From: Octopus sinensis | Taxonomy: Eukaryota | NCBI RefSeq assembly: GCF_006345805.1 | Contig: NC_042998.1 | Location: 52,018,001-52,082,000 of the forward strand | Length of the DNA stretch: 64,000 bases | Reading direction: 5' to 3' | Part shown: positions 23,736 to 36,189 of the stretch, one piece after another | Numbering within the stretch: position 1 is the first letter of the stretch | Layout of the letters: the number at the start of each line of letters is the position of its first letter | Program-made: the position numbers and the translations under genes | Notes under the pieces: generated by a model | Database searches by the model: none | Told to the model about the DNA's origin: nothing | Seen by the model: only the letters and a program-made list of their open reading frames with translations

Positions 23736-26298
23736 TCAATAATAACAATAATAATAATAATAATGATAATAACAACAACAATTCTTTCTAGTATAGGCAC
23801 AAGGCCTGAAATTTTGGGAGATGGGATAAGCTGATCACATTAACCCTAGTACTCAGTTGCAATGTAATCCTATTGGTCCCAAAAGGAATGAAAAACATAG
23901 TTGACTTCAGCAGAATTTTAAAACAGAATGTCAAGCCATAAGAAATGGTGTTGAGCAGTTTGTCCAGCATGCTAATGATTTCTGCCAGTTCACTGCCTTA
24001 ATAATAAGAATAATAGCTATTTATTTTCTCAGTCAAATTTAATCCATCACTCCAATAGATCATATGTCAGCCATATTGACACTTCATTGTTAGTTTTTGA
24101 TGTTTTGATCATCATCACCACCACCACCACACCACCACCACCACAACAACAACAACAACAACAACAACAATAACAACAACAACGACGACGATGATGATAA
24201 TAACAATAGTTGATTACATTGACCCCAGAGTTTCACTGATACTTAATTTATGAATTTATGAACCCTGAAAGGATGAATGGTAAAGTCAATCTCAGTGGAA
24301 TTTGAACCCAGAATGCAGCACCAGGCGAAATACCGGTAGATGAAGAAAGTAGTGAAAAAGCCTATAAACAGTGTTTGAAGTGTGAGTATATGCATGTGTA
24401 AGAGGGGTATGTTTGTGTGTGCGTGTGAGTGTACACTGGAAATGGGATGGCAATGTTCAACGTTGAAAATGTGTGATTATATGTGTGTAAGTGTTTGCAT
24501 GTACAAGAAAACTGTGAAACTATGTAAAGTAAATATAATAAAAAGTAATCCAGAATCCTTGTCTGGTATCAGATCGATCTCAAAATCTAATCAGTTTGTG
24601 TCAGTCACAAGGCCAAACATCCCTGAAAGTTTCATCTGAATCCATCCAGCAGTTCTTGAGATATCTTGTCCATAGTTAAACAAACAAAAAAATAAATATG
24701 ACTGAAAATAATACCTCCACCATTGCTAAGGTGGAGGTATTAATAACAATAATACTGCCCTGATGCAGTACCAGGCAGTGGCTCTCATGGCTTCTGAACT
24801 TAACTGATTGGAAGTGTTATCATGTACATGTTTTGTCTTGGTATAAAAGATGAGCTACAGCAAATATTCTGCTCAATACCAGATTTGCTTGTCAGTTGTT
24901 TGACCTTAACCAGTTGAGCATGTCCCTTGGTGGCTGACAATATGTGCATCTTTGATCACGAGCAGAAGTAGTGGGGGAGCATCATAGCCGTGTGTTGAGA
25001 GGAATTCTTTGGAGTTTGGATAATTCACCATTGGAAACGAGGGTATTTCGTTCAATATCCTTAAACAACCCTTATTCAGAGACCTTTTGAGTGGGATAGG
25101 CTACTCGACCTGAAGAAAATTGTAAACGGGCCCCAGCTGCAACGTCATGCACTATTTATCTTATCAGAATTTATTTACCCTTATCAGATGGGTAATCATG
25201 ATGGGTATACTGGGCTTCGTTAAAGTGACACCTGAGTGTCACTTTGATGGCATGCACTGCTCTCTCACTCTATAATAATAATCCTTTCTTTTATAGGCAT
25301 AAAGCTTAAAATTTAAGAGGAAGGGGCCAGTCGATTAGATCGACACCAGTGCACAACTGGTACTTAATTTATCAACCATGAAAGGATGAAAGGCAAAGTC
25401 AACTTTGGTGGAATTTGAACTCAGAACATAGTAGCAGATGAAATTCCACTACACATTTTTCCCGGTATGCTAACAATTCTTATTTCTTTATTGCCCACAA
25501 GGGGCTACACACAGAGGGGACAAACAAGGACAAACAAAGGAATTAAGTCGATTACATCGACCCCAGTGTGTAGCTGGTACTTAATTTAACGACCCCAAAA
25601 AAATGAAAGGCAAAGTCGACCTCGGCGGAATTTGAACTCAGAACGTAAAGACAGGCGAAATACCTATTTCTTTACTACCCACAAGGGACTAAACACAGAG
25701 AGGACAAACAAGGACAGACAAACGGATTAAGTCGATTATATCGACCCCAGTGCATAACTGGTACTTATTTAATCGACCTGAAACTGAAAGGCAAAGTTGA
25801 CCTTGGCAGATTTTGAACTCAGAGCGTAGCGGCAGATGAAATACCGCTAAGCATTTCATCCGCTGTGCTAACAATTCTGCCAGATCACAGCCTTACTCAA
25901 TAATAACAATAATAATAATAATAATGATAATAACAACAACAATTCTTTCTAGTATAGGCACAAGGCCTGAAATTTTGGGAGATGGGATAAGCTGATCACA
26001 TTAACCCTAGTACTCAGTTGCAATGTAATCCTATTGGTCCCAAAAGGAATGAAAAACATAGTTGACTTCAGCAGAATTTTAAAACAGAATGTCAAGCCAT
26101 AAGAAATGGTGTTGAGCAGTTTGTCCAGCATGCTAATGATTTCTGCCAGTTCACTGCCTTAATAATAAGAATAATAGCTATTTATTTTCTCAGTCAAATT
26201 TAATCCATCACTCCAATAGATCATATGTCAGCCATATTGACACTTCATTGTTAGTTTTTGATGTTTTGATCATCATCACCACCACCACCACCACCACC

Positions 26299-26354
<56 letters not shown>

Positions 26355-26909
26355 TATTATTATTATTAATGCCATAATTGTTGGTATTTTTGTGGTTGGT
26401 GGTTGGCAGCAATGATAATTGTGGCTTGTTGGTTATGTGCTAATTTGAAATAATTACTGTTATATTTCCTTAATTTTATTTTATGAACAACCATTAATGT
26501 CAATATTACTAGAGTGGGAGAAGTATTAATATGTATAAAATAAAAATAAAAGAAAAATTTAGTGGGCTAATCTTTATTGCCAACCAATTTTAAAATTCTG
26601 CTCTATAGATGAATGATGGAAATCAAAAATTAATGAGTCAATAAAATATTCCATTTTTATATACACACACATATATATATATATATAATGCTTTTCAGTA
26701 ACCTAAACTTAAATGCACAATTTCAAAGACCCAATAGGTGATTAGGTTACCATTGAAGTTTTGTCTAATCCTTTAGCACCTACATTTTTCAATATGCGGA
26801 AAGATAAATTTTTTTTTACCTGCTTTCACTTTATTTAAGGGTAAGTAATAAGTTTGATATATATATTAAAAAAATTAAGTTTTCTTTCATATATATATAT
26901 ATATATATA

Positions 26910-27420
26910 TCATCATCATCATCGTTTAACATCCGTTTTCCATGCTAGCATGGATTGGACGGTTCGACCGGGGTCTGAGAAGCCAGAAGGCTGCACCAGA
27001 CTCCAGTCTGATCTGGCAATGTTTCTACAGCTGGATGTCCTTCCTAATGCCAACCATTAAATGAGTGTAGTGAGTGCTTTTTAAGTTCCCAGGAGAGGCT
27101 GGCAATGGCCACGATTGGTTGGTGCTTTTTATGTGCCACTGGCACGGAAGCCAGTCAAGGCAGCACTGGCATCGGCCACGTTCAGATGGTGCTTTTTATG
27201 TGCCACCGGCACAGGTATCACAACTACAATTTCCATTTGATTTTTATTTTGATGTTGATGTACTTGACTCAATAGATCTCAAACACAGCAGGTCGCCCTA
27301 TGATCCAAGGTAAGCACAGCAGGCTGTGCTGTGATCCAAGGTACTTTGGATGGGCTGGGGCTGCTATGTGAAGCTGGTGCAGGAAACAGCCATGAACTTA
27401 TGTTATTTGTCAGGTCTTAT
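26910..27420 (-). mobile_element. RTE 3' UTR copy; others at 20955-21065, 29760-29890, 30070-30500, 36960-37140, 45610-45820, 50460-51050, 51880-52140, 62310-62372, 63225-63315
   Basis: Shared tail and GTGCCACCGGCAC units. Confidence 0.8.
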
Positions 27421-27479
27421 ACATACATACATATTATATATATATATATATGTATACGTATATAGGTATGTTGGACTCA

Positions 27480-27690
27480 TGATCGTAAGATTGTGGTTTC
27501 AATTCCTGGATCCGGTGATGCATTGTGTTCTTGAGCAAACACTTCATTTCACATTGCTCCAGTCTACTCAGCCAGAAAAAATGAGTAATCCTGCAACGGA
27601 TTGGTGTCCCATCCAGATGGGGAATATATATGCCACTGAAACCAGGAAGCCGGCCCTTATGAGCCTGGCACAGCCTGAGAAAGAAACATT
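27480..27690 (+). mobile_element. tRNA-derived SINE family C (also 51625-51870 minus)
   Basis: B box GGTTTCAATTCC, central GTGTTCTTGAGCAAA-CACTT...GCTCCAGTC, 3' GGAYTGGYGTCCCRTCCAG. Confidence 0.75.
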
Positions 27691-27851
27691 TATTTATTTA
27701 TTATATATATATATATATATATGTTAAATGTCAGTGTTTGAATGTTTTGCTTATAAAATTTTATGCACGATGTGCCTTGTTTTTGGTGCAAAACAAAACC
27801 AGTTGCACAGTCAGAATTTAACATGACAGTTATGGATTGTGACCCTGTAAG

Positions 27852-27906
27852 CCACACTGATGAGGCTCAGGCTTTAAATACTCAGGAGCCGAAATCTGGT
27901 TGGTGG
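27852..27906 (+). ncRNA. Hammerhead-like motif, core intact, stems I and III weakened
   Basis: CCACA-CTGATGA-GGCTC/GAGCC-GAAA-TCTG-GTT-GGTGG. Confidence 0.5.
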
Positions 27907-28624
27907 ATATCCTTAATTGCATAATATTTTTATTTGTGCTGTTAAATGTTTTAATCCTTTCTGTTTTCCTCGCATACTATTTTTCTCTGTTATCTTGGTG
28001 CAGTACAATGGATACATTTAAGACTTTAGCTCTTATTTCTAGCAGGTGGATGCTTGTTAGGCATCCTTACGCTTTGTACAAATTTATAATTCATAGCTAT
28101 TTAATGCTATTGCACCTGCGATCCACCTATGTTACTGCTGGTGATATTTTGAAATTTTAATATTTATCCACAGATGATATGAACAGTAGTGACACCCGAT
28201 TTCAAATCTGTGTTTGAATGTTTTGCATATATATATATATATATATATAGGTGCAGGCATGGCTGTGAGGTAAGAAGCTTTCTTCCCAATCACATGGTTC
28301 TAGGTTCAGTCCCACTGTGTTGCAGCTTAGTGACCCCTGCCTCAGTTTGGTGACCCTTGTCCTAGAGTAATGTCCTAACTAGGACTGGCATCACTCAGTT
28401 CCAGTAATGTGGTACACCATCCCAACTGAACCTGTTGTGCCTGTCGATTGTTGAAAACATGTCAATCCTCCACACAGTCATAGTGTTTTCTCTACCAAAG
28501 TTGCCAGTTTGTTGGTGATTGCTGTAGCAACTACTGCTGTCCATGAGAAACAGCAGGAAAAAAACTTGTTTGCACAGTATTATTGGATGACTGTTGACTT
28601 TAACGAGTTCAGCGGCTGCCCCAA

Positions 28625-29140
28625 ATTATCATCAAAGTACTATCTTCCTATGCAACAGGACATAATCGCAAAAACAATATACAATGCCATCTGGGAAAAA
28701 GACTGTTCCGGAATAAATATAGAGTATCCCCCTGTTATTGAATATGTACACAAATAGCAGCACACGGAATACTGGTGGAATATTCACATTTAAACATCTG
28801 TCAAGTGTAAGCATGCAAGGCCGGATATTGTTGTCTGGGACTGACAAAAATGTATAAACTGTCATAGAGGTCAACTGTCCTGTTGATGTGAATATATCGT
28901 TGAATAGCAAAGAGAAAGAAGATAACTGTGGACAACTGCTTTGAAACATCCAGCTTCTGTATTCAGATTAGCAATTCACATTTATACCAATAATAATTGG
29001 CACACTTGGTTTTGTAAGTAAATGCCTAACTGTCAGTCTGGATAAGCTTGGATTTTCAGAAAAATAAATCATCCAAATAATTCGCACATTACAAATACAA
29101 TCTGGAAGCAGAGCAATAAAACAACACGTGACTTTTCTCA
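28625..29140 (+). mobile_element. R4-like remnant, third copy (end of CCHC through RLE)
   Basis: SGCPKLSSKYYLPMQQDIIAKTIYNAI; TSVKCKHARPDIVVW; short fourth fragment at 35740-35930. Confidence 0.8.
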
Positions 29141-29758
29141 GGTTTAACCCTTTCGTTCATTACTGAATTGATTTTGAGATGCTCTGTGTTTCTTTCAATT
29201 ACTTTAAATATAACAAAGAATTTTGTAAAATAACTCAGGGATCTTTTCACTTTGACCGGCAGATTTAAAAAATAATTTCTTAGTAACTAAACACTTTTAA
29301 ACTTTGTATACTGGTAGAATGTGTCACATAAAACATCTTTTTCTCTTGGCGTTCTTGAGAACATTCTGTAGTCTGTAAGCTATTTCTTATTTAAATTCTT
29401 GTATTTTGGCAATTTCAACCAATCAATGACGTCTATTGAGGTGAATACAATTACTGCTGTTGTTTGTCAACAAGTTCAACAAGAACTTCCGTATGTATAC
29501 ATAAACATATGTATACATATGTTTATGTATATATTAATCAAGATGCAGCATGGAATTTTGTCTGTGATCAGGTCAAGGTCTCAAAGCAATGAAAATATTT
29601 TTGCAAATTAAATTTAAATGTTGAAGTGAATCTAATGGTTTTTGTGTGTTTTTTTAAATGGCTTATAAACACCTTCCTCACTGGAATTGTTTTTGTTTCA
29701 GCACACGATCAGAGATCAGGTCACTTGCTATGCAAGCACATCTCCATTAGATATATAC

Positions 29759-29792
<34 letters not shown>

Positions 29793-29887
29793 GTTAAACG
29801 TCCGTTTTCCATGCTAGCATGGGTTGGATGGTTCGACTGGGGTCTGAGAAGCCAGGATGCTGCACCAGGCTCCAGTCTGATCTGGCA

Positions 29888-29923
<36 letters not shown>

Positions 29924-29992
29924 TGTATGTATGTATGTATGTATGTATGTATGTATGTATTTATGTATGTATATATGTATGTATGTATGTAT

Positions 29993-30041
<49 letters not shown>

Positions 30042-30529
30042 TGTATGTATATATATAATCTATATATCATCATCATCATCATCATCGTTTAGCGTCTGCT
30101 TTCCATGCTAGCATGGGTTGGACGGTTCAACTGGGGTCTGGGAAGCCAGAAGGCTGCACCAGGCCGAGTTTGATCTGGCAATGTTTCTATGGATGGATGC
30201 CCTTCCTAACGCCAACCCTTCCATGAGTGTAGTGGGTGCTCTTTACGTGCCACCGGCACAGGTACCAGACGTGTCTGGCAAACGGTCACGATCGGATGGT
30301 GCATTTTATGTGGCACCGGCACGGGGGCCAGGCGAGGCTGGCAATGGCCATGAACGGATGGTGCTTTTTACATGCCACCGGCACGAGGCCAGTCGGGGCG
30401 GCACTGGCAATGGCCACGTTTGGATGGTTCTCTTACGTGCCACCGGCACTGGTAACTCAGCTGCAATTTCCATTGATCGATTTCGATTCTGATTCTCACT
30501 TATTCTCACTGATTCTCATATACTATATA

Positions 30530-30565
<36 letters not shown>

Positions 30566-32446
30566 TGTATGTATGTATGCATGTATGTATTTATGTATGT
30601 ATGTAGTTATGTATGGATGCATGTATATATATATATATTATATATTATATATATATGTGTGTATGTAATATATACTGAACTTGAAACCATGTGGTTGCAA
30701 AATGAACTTCTTAACCACACAGCCTATTGATACAACAAAGATGTTGTGCTAATCAACAAATAACTCTGTCTTAAAGTGAAGTCCTATCACTGTTATGCAG
30801 GTTATGAAGGACTCATTTCTTACCAAGATAGAATTTGATGTAAGAAAGGAAAGAGCTGGAAAGATTCTGACTTGAGTAAACCATAAAGAATATAAATAAA
30901 TTGCTTCTATTCCAAGTATAGTTAGTCTCATTCTGGTAATGGCATATTACCATTATCATGATAACAGGTACCCACTTATACACACACGTGTGTGTATGTG
31001 TGTATGCATGTATGTATGTATGTATATATAAAAAACCAGACAGATGCTAAACAAAAAGCAATAATATTTATGGAATAGATAACAAATGTTTTCTACTCTT
31101 CAGATATGCTTGCCCGGAAGGAATTAAACCCATTTGTAAGCAGCAAATATCCAATTTTGGATACATATTTAGTAGACCCAAAGCATCAAAATTTGCATTG
31201 CAATCTTGAAACCATATTTATAGCTGTGTATGTACGTAAGTCTACACAATTATGTGTGTATGTGTGTATGAATACACACTTATACATGTGCACATATATG
31301 TGTGTATATATATATATATAGATATATATATATATATATATATATGAGTGTGTATATATATGCATGTGTATCATATATCTATTGTATAAAATCTGTTCTG
31401 TCTGTCTGTGTGTGTGTCTTCTAGGATCTTGGGCATCCTTCATCCGATTGCACTCAAATTTGATATGTAGATACTGACGGTATCAGGGCGTGTATAAGTC
31501 TTGAAAAAATTACAAAAATCGTTTCCAGGTGAGAATGCGATCAATAAAGCATTCTTTGGAATAGAAAAAGAGTCTATCTCTATTTCTTCTTTTGCTGGTG
31601 TCTCAAATTTAGGTTAAATCAGTGTTTCTCAAAGTGGAGGCCTATGGGGCGGTCGGACAAGTTGTTTTGAGAAAATTTGTTTGACAACTCAGCACCGTCC
31701 ATTGGACGGGGTGGAGGTGTTTTGCTCTACTCTGATCTGTCCCCTTCTCTCTCTCTCTCTCTACTTCTCCCCCTTTTCTCTTTTCTTGCATCTGATTCTT
31801 TGGTCTACTCTTCCCCCACTCTCTCACATTTCTCTGTCTTTCTCACTTTGCACTCGCAAGCCAATCCTTGGCACGCACTCTTTCTTCTCCCCTCTTTAAT
31901 TCCTTCTATCTCTCTCTTCTTCCCCCTTTGTTGCCTTCGTCCCTCTTTTTCTCTCTCTCTTTGTTTCCTTTGCCTCCTTTCTTTTTTCTCTCTTCTCTCA
32001 TGTGACCGCTGGTCAAATCCGACCACTGCCGTGAGAACATCGTTGTCTTTGTCTGCCGATAAAGGCATTTTTTCCAAATACACCAGCTAAACTTGTACTG
32101 TTTATTAGTTGTAAGACACCAGCTGTATTTTATATTCGTGTGGCATTGTCAGTTTTTCTGTCCCTGTTTCGTATACATTCGATCCTTCTTCCAAGAAATC
32201 TAATGCTCGTAGCTTAGTTTTTCCTTGGGGCTGGCCGGATCAGAGCGATCTCAAGATTAATCAGCCGAAATTGCTAGGATGATCTGGTTCTTGACTGAAG
32301 ATTGAAGGCTTCGAATGTCCCGTCCGTGTTTTTTGTATCGTCTTCTAAATGTTTTACGTTCTTGTCCCAGTTTGTATTTTTCTCCATATAATATATATAT
32401 ATATATATATAATATATATATATATATACATACGTACGTGCATACA

Positions 32447-32478
<32 letters not shown>

Positions 32479-32645
32479 CATACATACATACATATTCTAT
32501 TGGTCTCTTTTGCTGAATTGCTAAGTTACTGGGATGTAAGCACACCAACACTAGTTGTTAAGAGGGGGTGGGGAACAAACACAAAGACACACAGACACAC
32601 ACGTACACACACACAAATGCACATAATGCACATACACACACTCAC

Positions 32646-32976
32646 CACTAGCATAGCTAGGGGTGGTCCACCCCGGGCAGTACTTTTGGGTCTGCTTTAA
32701 CCCTTTAGTGTTTAAACCGGCCAAATCCGGCCCAATATATTCTACATGTTTTATATTCAAACTGGCGATATCAAGCCTCTCACTCCTAACCTACAATGCC
32801 ATTCTGAAAATAAACAATCACATCATTGAAACCTCAAAGCTATAAGATAATGCATGATTAATTCAAAACAATTTGAGTGAAAAAGTATTACAGTTAACAG
32901 AGTATTCTGAACACTAAAGGGTTAAGCAATAAGTTTTTGTGGGATCCGGGGGTGATACACTCTAGCTATGCTAGTG
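32646..32976. mobile_element. MITE with about 30-bp TIRs, superfamily unassigned
   Basis: CACTAGCATAGCTAGGGTGGTCCACCCCGG / CCGGGGGTGATACACTCTAGCTATGCTAGTG. Confidence 0.7.
32701..32921. mobile_element. piggyBac-type MITE
   Basis: TTAA|CCCTTTAGTGTT...AACACTAAAGGG|TTAA; related copy ends at 38118. Confidence 0.8.
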
Positions 32977-33015
<39 letters not shown>

Positions 33016-33542
33016 CACACATACACACACACTTCTTTTAATTTCCGTCTACCAAATCCTCTCACAGGGCTTTGGTTGGCCTGAGGTTATAGTAGACGAC
33101 AGTTGCCCAAAGTGTCATGCAGTGGAACTGAACCTGGAAACATGTGGTTGGAAAGGGAGCTTGTTACTATACAGCCATGCCTGTGCACTGCATAAGTATG
33201 CGCTTGCATGAGTCCGTAAATGCATGCGTGTGCTTGCATGTGCAGGCATGTGTGTGTGTATGTGCGTGCAGGCATGTGTGTATGCGTGTGTGTAATATAG
33301 CCAAAACTGCAATTTCATATCATTATTTTGAGATAAGTTACGAAACGCAAACATTACATTGGCAAAATTGCATGGAGCACAAGCATTTAGAAATGGGTCA
33401 AGTTACAATGACCTGTGTTTAAATAACATAAAAATTTAGCTCCACATTCTTTGCCACTCAACACCAAATTTAATCATACAGACGCAAAAACAAACAAATC
33501 TTGCATTAATTTCTGTAGCTTGTATGTGGTTGTTTGACATAC

Positions 33543-33990
33543 TAGAAATAGTAGCCAAACATCTATCGAATTGCACTTTACTGTTCTGAAAAAGAAAGAA
33601 AAGAAATAGAACAGAGCAGTTGTTGATGTGCTTCTTGATAACTCTATGAAGACATTCATAGTAGACGGTCATTGTTGGAATAGCTTCGATCATAAGTGTG
33701 TTTGCGCTGGTAATTTTGAACTTACCTTGTAAAAAAAAAAAAAAAAGAGCACTAATATTAAAACAAAAAAGAAAATTTTATGCACAGTTTTTTCAACAAT
33801 TTTTCAACGTTTTCAGTATAGGAATGATGAAAACTTTGACGATGTTGAGGAATATAATGATGTTGATGACACCCACAATGATGGTGATGATGACTGTTAA
33901 TAGCCGAAGCGGGACAGTTCGTTCTTAATTAGCAACCTGGGAATGAAGAGAAAAAAAAAAGGAGAGAGAGAGAATGAACTTGAACACTCG
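33543..33990 (-). other. Candidate exon-intron-exon segment of an unidentified transcript
   Basis: Donor AAG|GTAAGT at 33725, long pyrimidine tract plus CAG at 33586, donor GTATGT at 33542; no recognisable protein. Confidence 0.25.
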
Positions 33991-36146
33991 GTGGACATAT
34001 TGGGATTGATTAATCTCTCATTACTCTTTTATTCTTTTACTTGTTTCAGTCATTTGACTGTGGCCATGCTGGAGCACCACCTTTAGTCGAGCAAATCAAC
34101 CCCGGGACTTATTCTTTGTAAGCCTAGTACTTATTCTATCGGTCTCTTTTGCCGAACCACTAAGTTGTCAAGCACTGTTGGGTGTGGGGGGACAAACACA
34201 GACACACAAACACATACATACACATACATATATATATATACACATATATTATATATATATATATATATACATATATACGACAGGCTTCTTTCAGTTTCTG
34301 TCTACCAAATCCACTCACAAGGCTTGAGTCGGCCCGAGGCTATAGTAGAAGACACTTTCCTGAGGTGCCACGCAGTCGGACTGAACCCGGAACCATATGG
34401 TTGGTGAGCAAGCTACTTACCACATAGCCACTCCTATCAGTCGCTGATTGTTTTACAAATAATTTTAACTCTTTATACAAAATACACTGATAATATTTTC
34501 ATTGTCTATGTTAAGTGCACTAGTAATTTTTTACTTGCGGTACGAAATTATTTTAGATACATTTGAAAGTATTACTCCTTGTTTGACATTGATGGCAGAC
34601 TGACGATCAGCTTTAAAATTATTTGCACCAGCTCAGCTACAAGTCTGAAAGAAAGTTACCTAAATATGAGAATTAGCGACCAACTTAGAACTCAAAAGTC
34701 AAGCCTCAACTATGTTCTTAATGCGGAAGAAAAAACCAGGCAGGTTGTACTTGAAATAAGCTATTGTCACTTGAAATGCCGATGACGGAAATTCAATACA
34801 TACATTTTAGAATTCAAACCAGTCAGTTTTAAACACACCGGCATCGTTTGAAAAATATCAAAGGTCAAAGGACACAACATTAAACGACTATTCCATCCAG
34901 TTTGGTCGTTTTGTCGCAAAATTAAAAAAATTACACAATAACTTTTGTTGAACTGGTTACTCGAATCCAAATTATTGCATGTAATGTATTGGAAAGTATG
35001 AATCTTATGTCAGAAAATGAGCAGTTAGTGAAAGCTATAGTTAGTTAACTCGGGTTTTTTTTTCAAGGCAGTTGACAAAAGCTTTGTTATATTTAGACAT
35101 ACATCTAATTGTTTTGTCAGAAATCAACACTATTTGTAAGTAATGAAAAAAAAAGTGTAGGGCATAACTACAGATGTGTTCCCACCCCAAATTTGTTGTC
35201 TCATAACTTCCAGAAAAATGGATACCTTTTAACGAAATTTTCAACAAACCCCGATTAGATGCTGTAGATTTAGAGTATTTAGGGATTTGTTGGAAAGAAT
35301 TTTTCCGAAGGGTGGGGAAAGGAGTTTCTGAGAATTCACATGACCCAACTTTTTCCCCTTATAACCTTCAGGAAAATGGGTATCTTTCAATGAAATTCCT
35401 TACAAATACCTTTCAAATGGCAAGGATTACGATTATAAAGCAATTTGCTGTGAATATATTTTTTAAGGGGGTGGGAAGAGGAGTTTCAGATCAGGGAGCC
35501 CACAAGTTGGAATTTCTGTTTTGATGGTTTTTTCCGTAATATTTTGCTGGAAGTTATGAGACAATAAAGTTGGTGGGTGGTACATTTCTGTAGTTATGCC
35601 ACGTTATGTTTTTTCATAAAAAGGTGTCCTCCTATAATTTGAAAGGCTGTAGTGATTTGTCCGGGTGCCTACAATGCTATTAAGATGGCCCAGTAAATGC
35701 GTACAATTGTGTGTATGTGTGTGGTTCTACTTTTTGTCAGATCAAAAGTCCAGGAAAAAAACATTTATAGCGAATTAATGTGGAATTTACAGCTCTTGTA
35801 CCCTGACAATGAGTTCTTATTTGTACCTGTTGTTATAGGTGCATTAAGTTATATACCAACGAATTTGCACAAAACCTTGAAATATTCAATTTCGTGGAAA
35901 AAGAGCAATCTATTAGTGGCACAGTGAAAATTCTCCGACATTACTCTTTTACTTGTTTCAGTCATTTGACTGTGGCCATGCTGGGGCACCGACTTTAGTT
36001 GAGCAAACCGACCCCAGGACTTATTCTTTGTAAGCATAGTACTTATTCTATCGGTCTCTTTTGCTGAACCACTAAATTACGGGGACGTAAACACACCACC
36101 ATCGGTCGTCAAACGATGTTGGGGGGATGAACACAGACACAGAAAT

Positions 36147-36189
<43 letters not shown>

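Larger units (their letters stand above)
21960..26312. repeat. Near-identical tandem duplication, unit about 2.16 kb, bounded by (CAC)n
   Basis: Offsets of 2159-2161 between identical ORFs (22223/24382, 23788/25949). Confidence 0.95.
32495..33180 (-). mobile_element. SINE-B interrupted by two nested MITEs
   Basis: Body at 32495-32640, head at 33035-33180. Confidence 0.75.

Noticed and set aside
29496-29531. 36-bp perfect palindrome
   Set aside because: Made of TA/CATA low-complexity sequence
29430-31127. Plus-strand gene model MTSIEVNT...ELP joined to YACPEGIKPI (31096-31127)
   Set aside because: The first piece appears to continue an interspersed repeat I recall from octopus (unverified), and short phase-matched exons arise easily by chance
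31620-31660. hAT-like terminus CAGTGTTTCTCAAAGTGG
   Set aside because: No matching second TIR was found
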